From the NCBI GenBank assembly GCA_964016885.1, contig OZ024752.1, positions 21,080,001-21,144,000 on the forward strand: a stretch of DNA of 64,000 nt. Reading direction: 5' to 3'. This document shows positions 13,020-25,869 of the stretch, piece after piece (position 1 is the stretch's first letter; each line of letters opens with the position of its first letter). The translations under genes and the position numbers were made by a program. Under the pieces are notes generated by a model that ran no database searches, had not been told where the DNA came from, and saw nothing but the letters and a program-made list of their open reading frames with translations. The stretch is from Eledone cirrhosa (Eukaryota).

Positions 13020-15386
13020 ATTTTGTGGCAGCTGGGTTGGTTTGCCTCGCTTTATTATATATTAAAATAACAGATTAAAGTTTAAGCAAAGAATCGCTGC
13101 TCGCTGCTTTCACCCTTAACGGGATCTTCTGAAACAAAAAAAAATTAATCTGTGAACGCAGAAGTAAATATTTTGAAAATCGTTGCAACTGAAGGAAAAC
13201 AGGAAGACGATACTTTGGTTCGTGAAGACATTCTCTAGCAATGAACGAAAAAAAGCAAGGATAATACGTCGTTATGTGGAGCAGTGAGAACAAATACACG
13301 CAAAGACAACCACGTTTATGGTATAAATGTAGTCATAGACTAATATTCTATTTAGGAAACCGAATGATTCTCGGCTTCGGAGTTAAGAATAATGTAAATA
13401 AATTAGTAGAACGAAAATGACAGGTTATTAAAGTAATAATAATTAAATATATAAATACACACATCTATATACGTACATACACGTGCATACGCAAAAGACA
13501 TGGCCTGCATGCAAATACATGCACGTACACATAAACACGCGCACACATAGAACGTATACACCAAATACACATATAAAATATATGTGTGTACGTGTATACA
13601 TATAATTATATAAATGTATATAACTCACGCACACACATACCTACAGGTAAATACACATATGTTCACCAAACGTACATATACCAAAACTCAATGTACACAT
13701 ATACACACCATACATACGTGCAAACACACATACACACATACACACATACACACACAAAAACGAAATACACATATACACATAACTATATACATACATACCA
13801 ATATATATATAATATATACACCTATAACAAATACAAGCATATATACGTGCGGGAAAGTATATATACCACCTCCACAAAACATACGGGTAAGGTATACCTA
13901 CCTATACACATAAGTAATGGTATAAACATAAAATATACTTAGCTACCACATCAAGACGTAAAATATCCGCGTATTGTTCGTACTATCCGTTAGCGTTAGG
14001 GTATAATGTGGGACTGTAATACAGGAAAGTTTTATGCAATTTGTGTTTACAAGCCGAAATTGCCTCAGATTCTTTGTTTAAGATGTGATCATTTGTGTAG
14101 AGTATTTCCAGGGCTTCAGCGGCACAAAGATCGCATGGTCTTTTATTTCCGTTATACGATCTAGCTTTAGCTAGGATCTCCCAGTGTAACCTATATTGGG
14201 TGTGGTTGTTTTTTAGACTCCGGATATAAGCTGAAAGTGACATTATATTCTTTCTTAAAGGTTTAAGAAAAGAATAGGTGTGCATGTAAAGACGCTGCTT
14301 GAATCTATTGGCGGTTAACCCTATGTAGGCCCTACTAGACTTGGGTGTTTCAACCTTACATTTGTAGACAATGTTACAAGAGAGGCATTTCCCGGATAGA
14401 GGGCAGTCAACCCGATTCCTACAATTACAATTAGTACTAGCTACAGGGTTGCACGTGTTACCACGGCTAGATAATTTGGCTAAATTTGAAGCAGTGATGT
14501 TATGTGCAAAGTTAGGAGCCATGGAGTAAGATATTTTAATGGTATTTCTATTAAAAATGTTATTATATTTATGTGCTGAGGGGAAATGTTTCTTAATAAG
14601 GGAAAGATCTTAGCTAATGGTGTGGCCACCTCCATATTATATGGTGGGTTATACCACATAATGCGTTGGGATCTATTTTTTCTAGGTTTATGCTCATACT
14701 TAGTATATGCTACCTTATCGACAAATCCACCCCGAGCAAGAGCTTCATTGTAATATATGGAATGGTCGGTGAAAATATGCTCGTTTGTAGATAGATGGGA
14801 AAGCCTCAGAGAAATGTTTCTTACCAGGTTCTTGGCTATGCTGGCAGGATGGTTAGAATGCTTACTGATGTAATTAAGCGTATCATTCGGCTTTCTATAC
14901 GGGTAGTGCAAGCCATTCGAGAAATTGAGGGTAACGTCGAGGTAATTAACGACCGGGAGGTTGGCCTCAACCTGTATGGAGAGGTTGAAGCCTTTAAAGA
15001 AGGCTGTGAGTTCTTTTCTGAACCTGTCGTAAGCGCGGGGACCGCACTTTGTCATGATCAAAAGACCGTCATCACGGTACAAACCACCGCCCACATTGGA
15101 GAATTCTACCTTGATAGAGAAAAGAAGGAAAAGGCTGATAAGATCTGTAACCTCCACTGAATCGCTGGCGCACATACTCACGTCGAATGGGGTACTATTA
15201 GATTGTTTTTCATCCAAATAGAGTTGTCGAAATTAATCACCGACTTACTGGCATTGAGGATGACATCAACTTCGAAATCCTTAACCACCGTGAGCGTTTT
15301 AGCGAAATTGATAGCTCTAAGAAGAAGTGGTAAAGTGATGGAGGTATAGTAGTTATTGATGTCAAATTGGATAAAATAGCAATGTT
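13020..15386 (-). mobile_element. PLE remnant, long arm (RT 14600-15380, GIY-YIG 13983-14522, 3' UTR to ~13020)
   Basis: [69 protein letters not shown]. Confidence 0.92.
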
Positions 15387-16270
15387 CCACGCCATTAGCT
15401 AAGATCTTTCTCTCCCTTATTAAGAAGCGTTTCCCCTCAGCACATAAATATAATAACATTTTTAATAGAAATACCGTTAAAATATCTTACTTCATGACTC
15501 CTAACTTTGCACATAACATCACTGCTTCAAATTTAGCTAAATTACCTAGCTGTAGTAACCTGTGCAACCCTGTAGCTAGTACTAACTGTAATTGTAGGAA
15601 TCGGGTTGACTGCCCCCTATCCGGGATATGCCTCTCCAGTAACATTGTCTACAAATGTAAGGTTGAAACACCCACGTCTAGTAGGGCTTACATAGGGTTA
15701 ATCGCCAATAGTTTCAAGCAGCGTCTTTACATGCACACCCATTCTTTTCTTAACCCTTTAAGAAGGAATATGATGTCACTTTCAGCTTATATCTGGAGTC
15801 TAAAAGACAACCACACCCAATATAGGTTACACTGGGAGATGCTAGCTAAAGCTAGATCATATAACGGAAATAAAAGACCATGTTATCTTTGTGCTACCGA
15901 AGCCCTGGAGATACTCTACACCAATGATCACATCTTAAACAAAGAATCTGAGGTAATTTCGGCTTATAAACACACATTGCATAAAACTTTTCTATATTAT
16001 AGCCCCACATTATACCCTAACGCTAACGGATAGTACGAACAATACGCGGATATTTTACGTCTTGATGTGGTAGCTAAGTATATTTTATGTTTATACCATT
16101 ACTTATTTCTATAGGTAGGTATACCTTACCCGTATATTTTGTGAAGGTACGTATACTTTCTCGTATGTATATATGCTTGTATTTGGTATAGGTGTATATA
16201 TTATATATATTTGTATGTGTGTATATGTGTATTTCGTTTTTGTGCATGTGTATAAACACACACGCACCGT
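15387..16270 (+). mobile_element. Inverted short arm of the same PLE (GIY-YIG ORF 15494-16033 + 3' UTR)
   Basis: Reverse-complement copy of ~13750-14627; translated ORFs near-identical. Confidence 0.92.
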
Positions 16271-16371
16271 GTTTTATTTTGACGGTATTGTATAAGCTCA
16301 ATGTACAAGAATAGAGCCGTTATATGTAAAAGAAACCAAAGAACGCTCACATACTCAAACAGTTTTTATTT

Positions 16372-16416
16372 GCTTACAATATTTCATCCATACCGTTGGG
16401 TAGGAATCATCAGAGC
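16372..16416 (-). ncRNA. Minimal type-I hammerhead motif in a non-coding pLTR-like segment
   Basis: Minus strand GCT CTGATGA T-TCC-TACC-CAAC-GGTA-T-GGA-T GAAA TATTG TA AGC. Confidence 0.75.
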
Positions 16417-16689
16417 TTAATAAACACAGTACTGAGTATAAGCTCTACCAAGCTAGAGGGCAAAGATGGGGAGATCGGAGATGGCGAGTAAGGAGAGAAT
16501 ACATGCTGGGTTCGTTAAGCACCACAGCTAAATGCTAGGGCACAAGCAGATCTCACAAGATGGCACACAAAATCAAAAGATACAAACAATGGTTAAAACA
16601 TAATAAAGAAGTAAAAGGAAGATAATATAAAGAGATAAAAAGTGAATAAAGAGTGAATAAAAAGGTAAAAGATAAAAAAAAAATAAGTA

Positions 16690-16838
16690 AAAAAAGAAAA
16701 AAGAAAAAAGAAAAAAGAAAAAAGAAAAAGAAAAAAAAAGAAAAAAGAAAAAAGAAAAAAGAAAAAAGAAAAAAGAAAAAAGAAAAAAGAAAAAAGAAAA
16801 AAGAAAAAAGAAAAAAGAAAAAAGAAAAAAGAAAAAAG
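16690..16838 (+). repeat. (GAAAAAA)n-type polypurine tandem repeat
   Basis: Direct reading. Confidence 0.95.
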
Positions 16839-17409
16839 AGTTTTAAGCACATAAAAAAGCCAGAGGAATTTAAGCGCTGGTCCCTATATAAGTTATATAA
16901 GCACTAATATAATCTTAAGGTACATCCAGAAAGACCACAGTAATTAAAATCCCTCCCATTATATACATATACAAGGTATACTGGTAGGTACCTGAATTAC
17001 GTAGCCCCAGGGTGCTCCACAAGCACATAGACAGGCAACACATAAATGCAAACTATACACAAGCGAAGTGGGGTTATTACAGGATAGAGCAGAGTATAAC
17101 AAGTATATAGACAAGCACCACATATAAAGCAAGCTATACACAAGCAGAGTGGTGTTACTGTAAGATAGAGCTGCAGTAATAGCCCCACAATATTATTTCA
17201 GTTACTGTAAAACCAACTGGCAAAGAGTTACTACGCATGTATATTAACCGCATAGGCTAGACCAATCGGCCAGACCAATCGACCACATATGTCCCGATTG
17301 TCTAGGGGTTATATAGAAATAGGATTGTCATTAGAAAACCAATCAGTCTAAATTATACACATATGTAGATCATTCAAATGTAAAAATAGTTGGATTTATA
17401 CTATCACTC

Positions 17410-17819
17410 AAACATACGAATGTATACACCAAATACACATAAAAATATATATATTAAAAAATATATATATATATATGTGTGTGTGTGTGCGTGTATACAT
17501 ATAATTAATTAAACTATATAAATAAATAAATACGTATATAACAAGCGCAGACACATACGTACATGTAAATAGTCATATGTTCGGAGACGTACGTCAACCA
17601 AAACACAAAGTACACATATACACACAGCCTACATACGTACGAACCCGCATACTCATACAGACGCAAAACTCACGTATACACATAACCAACAGCATATGTA
17701 CCAGAATATATAATATATACTCCATAACGTATACAATCAAATATATGTACGAGAAAGTATACGTACCTTCACAAAACATACAGGAGGTAATATATACTTA
17801 CTTTACCTATACAAATTAT

Positions 17820-17820
<1 letters not shown>
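17410..17820 (-). mobile_element. Further 3' UTR fragment of the 13-16 kb / 52-53 kb PLE family
   Basis: Similar to 13555-13910 and 52530-52900 (e.g. ATGTTCGGAGACGTA..CAAAACTC..CCTTCACAAAACATAC). Confidence 0.7.
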
Positions 17821-17900
<80 letters not shown>

Positions 17901-18797
17901 TTAATAGAATAATGAATAAACAAAGAAACAGTTCCTTATATTAAATAATTCATCATTTTACGATCGTTTCTAGGATATATATGTTAGTGTTGGTATGCAT
18001 ATCCTATAGATCTATGTAAAATTTTTACAAACTATCAGAGGGAATATACATACCTACACATATATATGCTGTCTTCAGAAATAATGATATTTGTTTATTG
18101 AAAAAACCAACAAAGATTTAATACAATAGGTCTGTTTGGGAACAGGTTTTGAATTGACCAATAGAAAGATAGTGAAGGTCAAGATAGTAATATAGTAGTA
18201 AAAGAACCTTAATATATGGGTAGAGGAAGGTAGATTTCAGTTTTGGATGGAGAGAATATTATGAATGAAAGATTATTTTAGGGATGAGAATAGGTCATAT
18301 GCTGACCTCAGAAATAATTATATTTGTTCAATGAATAAAACCAACAAAGACTTAATATAGTAGGTCTGTTTGGGAACAGGTTTTGAATTAACCAATAGAA
18401 AGGTAATAATTGGCCAAATGGTAAAATAGTAGTAATTGAAGTTTATTTTAGGGGTAGAAGAAGGCAGATTTCAGTTTTGAATGGAAGGAGTATGAAGAAT
18501 GAAAAGGTTATTCTAGGGGTTAAAATAGGTCAGGTCAGTGAAAGGTAACACGAAAAGTTGCCGTTATAAAAGAATAATGCCAATGTAAATATCTAAGGAG
18601 ACTAAAATTTTACGATAAGTGTTAGTGAAAAAAATATATATGGAATTTACTTCTATGAAAAGAATATAAATTAATTTAATTGATGGGTATATTTATATTG
18701 ATAAAATTATATTAAAGCATATAGATATGATAAATAAGAGTTAGATGTAATTGAAGAGTGCTGTTAAAGACGAGGGGAAATTAAAAAAATATAAAAA

Positions 18798-18844
<47 letters not shown>

Positions 18845-19619
18845 TTGGGGGGGTTAAATTTATTAGTGAGAAATAATAAATATATAGAGATTTCAAGGAA
18901 CATAGAATCATAACCTGAAATTAAAACATTATATATGTTTACTTAATGGTATCAATTTTAGGAAAAGATAGTTATAAGAAGGAAAGTAAAATTATGTAGT
19001 TCATCAGGAGTAGAATATTAATTATAGGTTAACTAAATTAAAAATAGTTTTTATATTAATTTCTAAAATGTATATTAATTAGGTTTATAATATTTAAAGG
19101 TTTTTCTCAGTTTATGATTACACGATATTATTAATTCCTGTCGCTTATTTAATAGGATATCCTTAGATTTCATTATTTCAAAAAGTTCTTGGGAACATAA
19201 TCTACATTCATATCTATTATTTTGATAAGGGGTGGCCCTTTTGAGTACACTTCCCCTAAAATAAACTTCAATTACTACTATTTTACCATTTGGCCAATTA
19301 TTACCTTTCTATTGGTTAATTCAAAACCTGTTCCCAAACAGACCTACTATATTAAGTCTTTGTTGGTTTTATTCATTGAACAAATATAATTATTTCTGAG
19401 GTCAGCATATGACCTATTCTCATCCCTAAAATAATCTTTCATTCATAATATTTTTTCCATCCAAAACTGAAATCTACCTTCCTCTACCCATATATTAAGG
19501 TTCTTTTACTACTATATTACTATCTTGACCTTCTCTATCTTTCTATTGGTCAATTCAAAACCTGTTCCCAAACAGACCTATTGTATTAAATCTTTGTTGG
19601 TTTTTTCAATAAACAAATA

Positions 19620-19757
19620 TCATTATTTCTGAAGACAGCATATATATGTGTAGGTATGTATATTCCCTCTGATAGTTTGTAAAAATTTTACATAGATCTA
19701 TAGGATATGCATACCAACACTAACATATATATCCTAGAAACGATCGTAAAATGATGA
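19620..19757 (+). ncRNA. Hammerhead motif with ~100-nt stem II (copies 23611-23748 plus, 17950-18087 minus)
   Basis: Stem I TCATTATTT/AAATGATGA, CTGAAGA, long hairpin 19636-19736, GAAA, palindromic loop CGATCG, UA. Confidence 0.72.
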
Positions 19758-20091
19758 ATTATTTAATATAAGGAACTGTTTCTTTGTTTATTCATTATTT
19801 TATTAATTTATCTTGACCATGTTTTCCGTTAATTTTCACCGAAAAAATGTTTGAATACATTTCTTTTCATGATATTCGGATTACATTGAGTTCTTCATAC
19901 GGATTGGACACTACCGTACATTTTGGTAGATTTATCTACATACTTTGCTCCTATTTTTATGGGGATATTCTTACTTTTATGAATGTATATGTATGTGTAT
20001 GTGTATATATATTTATATATATGTGTATAACTTTATAACTCCATATATATATATAGTTGAGCTCTTTTTCTTGTCCATTATCCATATCACA

Positions 20092-22495
20092 ATGGAAAAA
20101 CAATACTTTGGAACTTCTTTAAAGAATATACCATTACCTTCTAAGGATAATTTCTTACTTCTTATGATACAAAAAACCAACCAATTTATCAAAAGGATCA
20201 GATGGAGGGCCTACCACTTCGATAAAAAAACAAAATGTACTGATAAGAAATATTTATATGATTTCACTACATATAAAAATCCACCACACAACTACTTACT
20301 TGAAAACTTTGAGAAAGACCTTTTTAATTTAATCAAACACCTCAAATTTAAGAAGTATAAATCTAATTTTCAAAAGGATCTTGATTCTACCCTATTGGAT
20401 CTAAAAAAATCTAAAAAAATCCATGTCCACTCTCACAAAACTGGAAATCTGTATCACATGGATATTGAAAATTACAATGAGTTCATATATAAAGAACTCA
20501 GGAAAAATTATAAAAAAACAAACAATGCGTCACTTACCAACATCAACAACAAAACACACAACATAGTGAATAGACTTAATATTGAAGATAGAACTGAACC
20601 TTTGGCACTGAAAAGACCACATTTCAACCTGAAAGATCATAAATCTAACTTTAACTCTAATCCTTCTATAAGGCTTATATGCCCTTCCAAATCTGATATT
20701 GGAATCATTAGTAAAAAAACTTTAGATAGGGTCATCCCACAACTAAGAAAACATGTTAATTTACCACTCTGGGAAAACACATCCCAGGTAATTAACTGGT
20801 TTAATAATATTAGAAATAAATCTTCTGCTTCATTTCTACAATTTGATATAGATAATTATTATTCCTCTATATCAACTATACTCCTGAACAAAGCATTGAT
20901 ATTTGCTAAAAATAGATCTAACTTAACTTTGGATGACATTAATATTATTACACATGCTAGACAAACACTATTGGAATTTCAAAATGAATACTGGACCAGA
21001 AACACATATAGTAATCTATTCGATATTACTATGGGCTCAAGCGATTCTGCTCAAATTACTGATCTTGTGGGCCTCTTTCTTCTTTTTAACATAAATGCTT
21101 CCTTTCCCCACCTTAAAGGTGGTTTATATCGTGACGACTGTCTTCTTCTTTCCAATAACCTTAGCCTTTCAGAGATAGAAAAAAATAAAAAGCTTATTAG
21201 AACTTTCCTCAAAGACTATTATAGTCTAGATATTACATTTGAAAACACAAATAAAGTAGTTAATTTCCTTGATATAACATTAGACTTATCTACGGGTATC
21301 TACCAACCTTACCGTAAACCTAACCAAAATTTACATTACATACACTCACAATCTAATCACCCTAAATCTATCCTTAAAAACCTTGCATATAATATCTCAC
21401 TTAGAATTTCTAACCTTTCGTCTAACCAGGATGTATTTGATAAAAATGCGACCTTCTATAACGAAGCTTTAGCTAGAAGTGGCCACAAAAATAAATTAGT
21501 ATATATACCTTGTACCAATAACACTACAAACATACAACCTAATATTACCAACAAACACCAAATGAAACATACACACCTAAATGCCACTCACACTATACCC
21601 CAAAATACCAACATAAAACCAAATTTCTCTAACTCTTCTAATATAAAATATAGTAACTCTCAAAAAACTACTTATCCTACTACTCTAATAAATGTTAATA
21701 ATAAAACTCCTAATAAACAAGCTAAAACACCTAAATCAATAAATCTAACTAAAAATGTGTGTGGTGAAGTCATTAACAATAATTCTCTAAATAAACATCA
21801 GGATACATCCTATAAAAACAATAAACAACATCGAAACCATAATAGACGAGTTACTTGGTATAATGCTTCATTTAATTTACAAATTAAGGATAATATACGT
21901 AAAAAATTTTTTAATATCCTAGAGAAGAACTTCCCGCCAAACCACAAATACCATCAAATTTTAAATAGATCAACGGTTAAATTCTCCTACTCAACAACCA
22001 AAAACATAAAACAAAATATAAGTGCCTACAATGCATATAAATGTAAAATAACCATGAGTATACCACCAGTACATCAAACTATCCATAATATCTCCTCTGA
22101 TACAGGATTCACGAAAAATTGTAACTGTAGAAACAAAGCAAACTGCCCATTAAAAGGAAATTGCCCTGTTAATAACATAGTATATAAATGCAAAGTTAAC
22201 ACTAAGGACTCAATTTATTCATATATAGGAGCTACCTCTAACCAATTTAAGGTAAGATTTAATACCCACAAACATAGTTTTAAAAATGCCGCATTAGCTA
22301 ATACAAAATCTCTGATTTAATTAATAATTATAGAAAGAGGAATATAGATTATGACCTGACCTGGAGTGTGCTCAAAAGGGCCACCCCTTATCAAAATAAT
22401 AGATATGAATGTAGATTATGTTCCCAAGAACTTTTTGAAATAATGAAATCTAAGGATATCCTATTAAATAAGCGACAGGAATTAATAATAAACTG
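20092..22495 (+). pseudogene. PLE polyprotein (RT + GIY-YIG), open 20092-22320, then disrupted in the endonuclease
   Basis: SLKNIPLP, KRIRWRA, RLICPSKSDIG, QFDIDNYY, MGSSDSAQITDLVG, GGLYRDD, CNCR..CPL..IVYKC..YIGATSNQFKVR; continues out of frame as LTWSVLKRATPY..CRLCSQE. Confidence 0.93.
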
Positions 22496-22789
22496 AGAAA
22501 AACCTTTAAATATTATAAACCTAATTAATATACATTTTAGAAATTAATATAAAAACTATTTTTTAATTTAGTTAACCTATAATTAATATTCTACTACTGA
22601 TGAACTACATAATTTTACTTTCCTTCTTACAACTATCTTTTCCTAAAATTGATACCATTAAGTAAACATATATAATGTTTTAATTTCAGGTTATGATTCT
22701 ATGTTCCTTGAAATCTCTATATATTTATTATTTCTCACTAATAAATTTAACCCCACCAATAATTATATATATATATATATAATATAAAT

Positions 22790-22838
22790 ATATTTCGTTT
22801 CTGAATTTGTTATTGGCAACATGACCCTCCCAAAGTAT

Positions 22839-22843
<5 letters not shown>
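22790..22843. mobile_element. ~55-bp micro-insertion made only of the two termini of the 30.3-33.3 kb PLE family
   Basis: TTTCGTTTCTGAATTTGTT = reverse complement of ~33229-33247; ATTGGCAACATGACCCTCCCAAAGTATAACAA = reverse complement of ~30259-30290; absent from the paralogous (TA)n at ~18800-18840. Confidence 0.9.
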
Positions 22844-22898
<55 letters not shown>

Positions 22899-23944
22899 TT
22901 TTTATATTTTTTTAATTTCCCCTCGTCTTTAACAGCACTCTTCAATTACATCTAACTCTTATTTATCATATCTATATGCTTTAATATAATTTTATCAATA
23001 TAAATATACCCATCAATTAAATTAATTTATATTCTTTTCATAGATGTAAATTCCATATATATTTTTTTCACTAACACTTTTATCGTAAAATTTTAGTCTC
23101 CTTAGATATTTACATTGGCATTATTCTTTTATAACAGCAACTTTTCGTGTTACCTTTCACTGACCTGACCTATTTTCACCCCTAAAATAACCTTTTCATT
23201 CTTAATACTCCTTCCATTCAAAACTGAAATCTGCCTTCTTCTACCCCTAAAATAAACTTCAATTACTACTATTTTACCATTTGGCCAATTATTACCTTTC
23301 TATTGGTTAATTCAAAACCTGTTCCCAAACAGACCTACTATATTAAGTCTTTGTTGGTTTTATTCATTGAACAAATATAATTATTTCTGAGGTCAGCATA
23401 TGACCTATTCTCATCCCTAAAATAATCTTTCATTCATAATATTCTTTCCATCCAAAACTGAAATCTACCTTCCTCTACCCATATATTAAGGTTCTTTTAC
23501 TACTATATTACTATCTTGACCTTCACTATCTTTCTATTGGTCAATTCAAAACCTGTTCGCAAACAGACCTATTGTATTAAATCTTTGTTGGTTTTTTCAA
23601 TAAACAAATATCATTATTTCTGAAGACAGCATATATATGTGTAGGTATGTATATTCCCTCTGATAGTTTGTAAAAGTTTTACATAGATCTATAGGATATG
23701 CATACCAACACTAACATATATATCCTAGAAACGATCGTAAAATGATGAATTATTTAATATAAGGAACTGTTTCTTTGTTTATTCATTATTTTATTTATTT
23801 ATCTTGACTCTGTTTTCCGTTAATTTTCACCGAAAAATTTTTTTGAATACATCTCTTTTCATGATATTCGGATTACATTGAGTTCTTCATACGGATTGGA
23901 CACTACCGTACATTTTGGTAGATTTATCTACATATATATATATT

Positions 23945-24145
23945 GCACTCAGTGCTCCTTTGGGAGCCCCTACATGGACACACTAGAGGGGGATGACCAA
24001 GGTTAACATATGTTGATGCCCTAAGGACAGACACTGGTCTGTTGGAGATGCAGGATATGGCAGCGATAATGAGGGACAGAGACCGTTGGAGAGAACTCGT
24101 CCATGGATCTCGGGAATTTTACCCGCCTTAGATAGAGAGAGAGAT
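23945..24145 (+). mobile_element. RTE (BovB-like) 3' end fragment
   Basis: Translates to ..[27 protein letters not shown], the typical RTE ORF C-terminus. Confidence 0.75.
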
Positions 24146-24156
24146 ATATATATATG

Positions 24157-24256
<100 letters not shown>

Positions 24257-24280
24257 TATAAAAATATATATATATATGTA

Positions 24281-25815
24281 TACAATATTAAATAAATGGA
24301 AACTATATTTATAAAACCATATTTATTTCATTATATATATTTCAGGGATATCATATTAACAATATGCTATGCCTTCCTCAGACAAAATACAATATAAACA
24401 GTTTTATAGATAAATAGATTCGACATACCGTAACAACATCGACTTGTATTTGAAAAGGTTGATTTGGTAGTGAAAAAATTGTACACAGAGAGAAAGAAAG
24501 AGAGAAAAAGGAAAGAAAGACAGAAAACGAAGAAAAAGAAGAAAAAGAAGAAATGCATGGAACAAAATAGAGAGATGGAAAGATAGATAAAGAGAAGAAC
24601 TTCATGTAAAGAAACAGAAAGAGATATATATATATAGAGAGAGAGGAAATAGAGATAGATACATATATATAGAAAACTAGGTAGTGGGACGTCTGTTGAA
24701 TAACGTATCAATGATACATTTATTTATTTATTTAGCTCTAGTATTAATGTAAGGGAGATATATGGAGAGAAACCAGCTGTTATATATATATAGAAAAAAA
24801 AAATATATAGAGAGAGAAAAAATATAGAGAGAGAAAGAAATATATAGAGAGAAAAAAATATAGAGAGAGGAAAAAAAAAAAAAAAAAATAACCAGACACA
24901 GGCGAGGCGTAAAAAACCTCTGTTTTAATGTAGAGGTATTAGTATTTACAAAACCAGCCACTACATTGTAAATATCAGTATTCCTGAATGAGACATGTAT
25001 CCACAATGTGTGAAAATTAATGATCTTATGTTTAGTTTTTTAAAAAAAATTCATATGTTTATGTGATAATTACAAACATCTATGTGAATCTACATGATCA
25101 ACTCTGCAAACCCTAAGTCACGGAAAACATTCTCAATGTGGTATAAAAATTTAAGTATACATATATGTGTATATATATACACACAAATATATATAGAGTC
25201 AATATTACTATTTCTGTCTTTACTCTACAAGATTATCTATCAAGCAAAAAATAGAGCAGATTTCAATATACTAATAAAAATAAAAATATATCAGAAACAA
25301 AACTAAAAATAACAATAATAATAATAAGTAATAATAAAATAGAAAACTAAAAAATATTACGAAAGAATATTACATATTAAAAATATTACATATTAAAAAA
25401 TTTACATATTAAAAATATTAAAAATAAAAATATTAGGAAATACTACAATAATAAAAATAAAATAAACCACAAAGATCAACCCTTCAAAATTAATTGACAA
25501 TATATTGCCAAGTTCATTATAAACATCAGAGTCGAAAAACAGATAAAGCCAAAAATTATCTATCAAATCGCATCTAGCATCAAGTCGAATCTATTTATCT
25601 ATAAAACTGTTTATATTGTATTTTGTCTGAGGAAGGCATAGCATATTGTTAATATGATATCCCTGAAATATATATAATGAAATAAATATGGTTTTATAAA
25701 TATAGTTTCCATTTATTTAATATTGTAAATATACTCCAAATATTTGTCGAGTGCTTTTATATCAGTTATAAATATTTACTAGTTGTAACCCAACAATTTA
25801 AATATAACTTTCCAT
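24281..25815. mobile_element. Non-coding two-ended PLE derivative (arms 24281-24424 / 25584-25727 plus ~88-bp tail)
   Basis: Near-perfect ~143-bp inverted repeat containing an HHR; both outer ends abut (TA)n. Confidence 0.8.
25620..25683 (+). ncRNA. Type-I hammerhead motif (inverted copy 24325-24388)
   Basis: ATTTTGT CTGAGGA AGG..CATATT-GTT-AATATG..CCT GAAA TATATA TA ATGAAAT. Confidence 0.75.
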
Positions 25816-25824
25816 ATATATATG

Positions 25825-25856
<32 letters not shown>

Positions 25857-25869
25857 TATATACACATAT

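Larger units (their letters stand above)
17898..23932 (+). mobile_element. Near full-length PLE: inverted arm 17898-19247, partial 5' pLTR ~19252-19942, ORF, 3' pLTR to 23932
   Basis: 17898-19247 is the reverse complement of ~22370-23795; 19252-19942 directly repeats ~23244-23932; pLTR has an internal ~234-bp tandem duplication. Confidence 0.95.

Noticed and set aside
16553-16907. Lys-rich / Phe-rich ORFs
   Set aside because: Translation of the (GAAAAAA)n repeat
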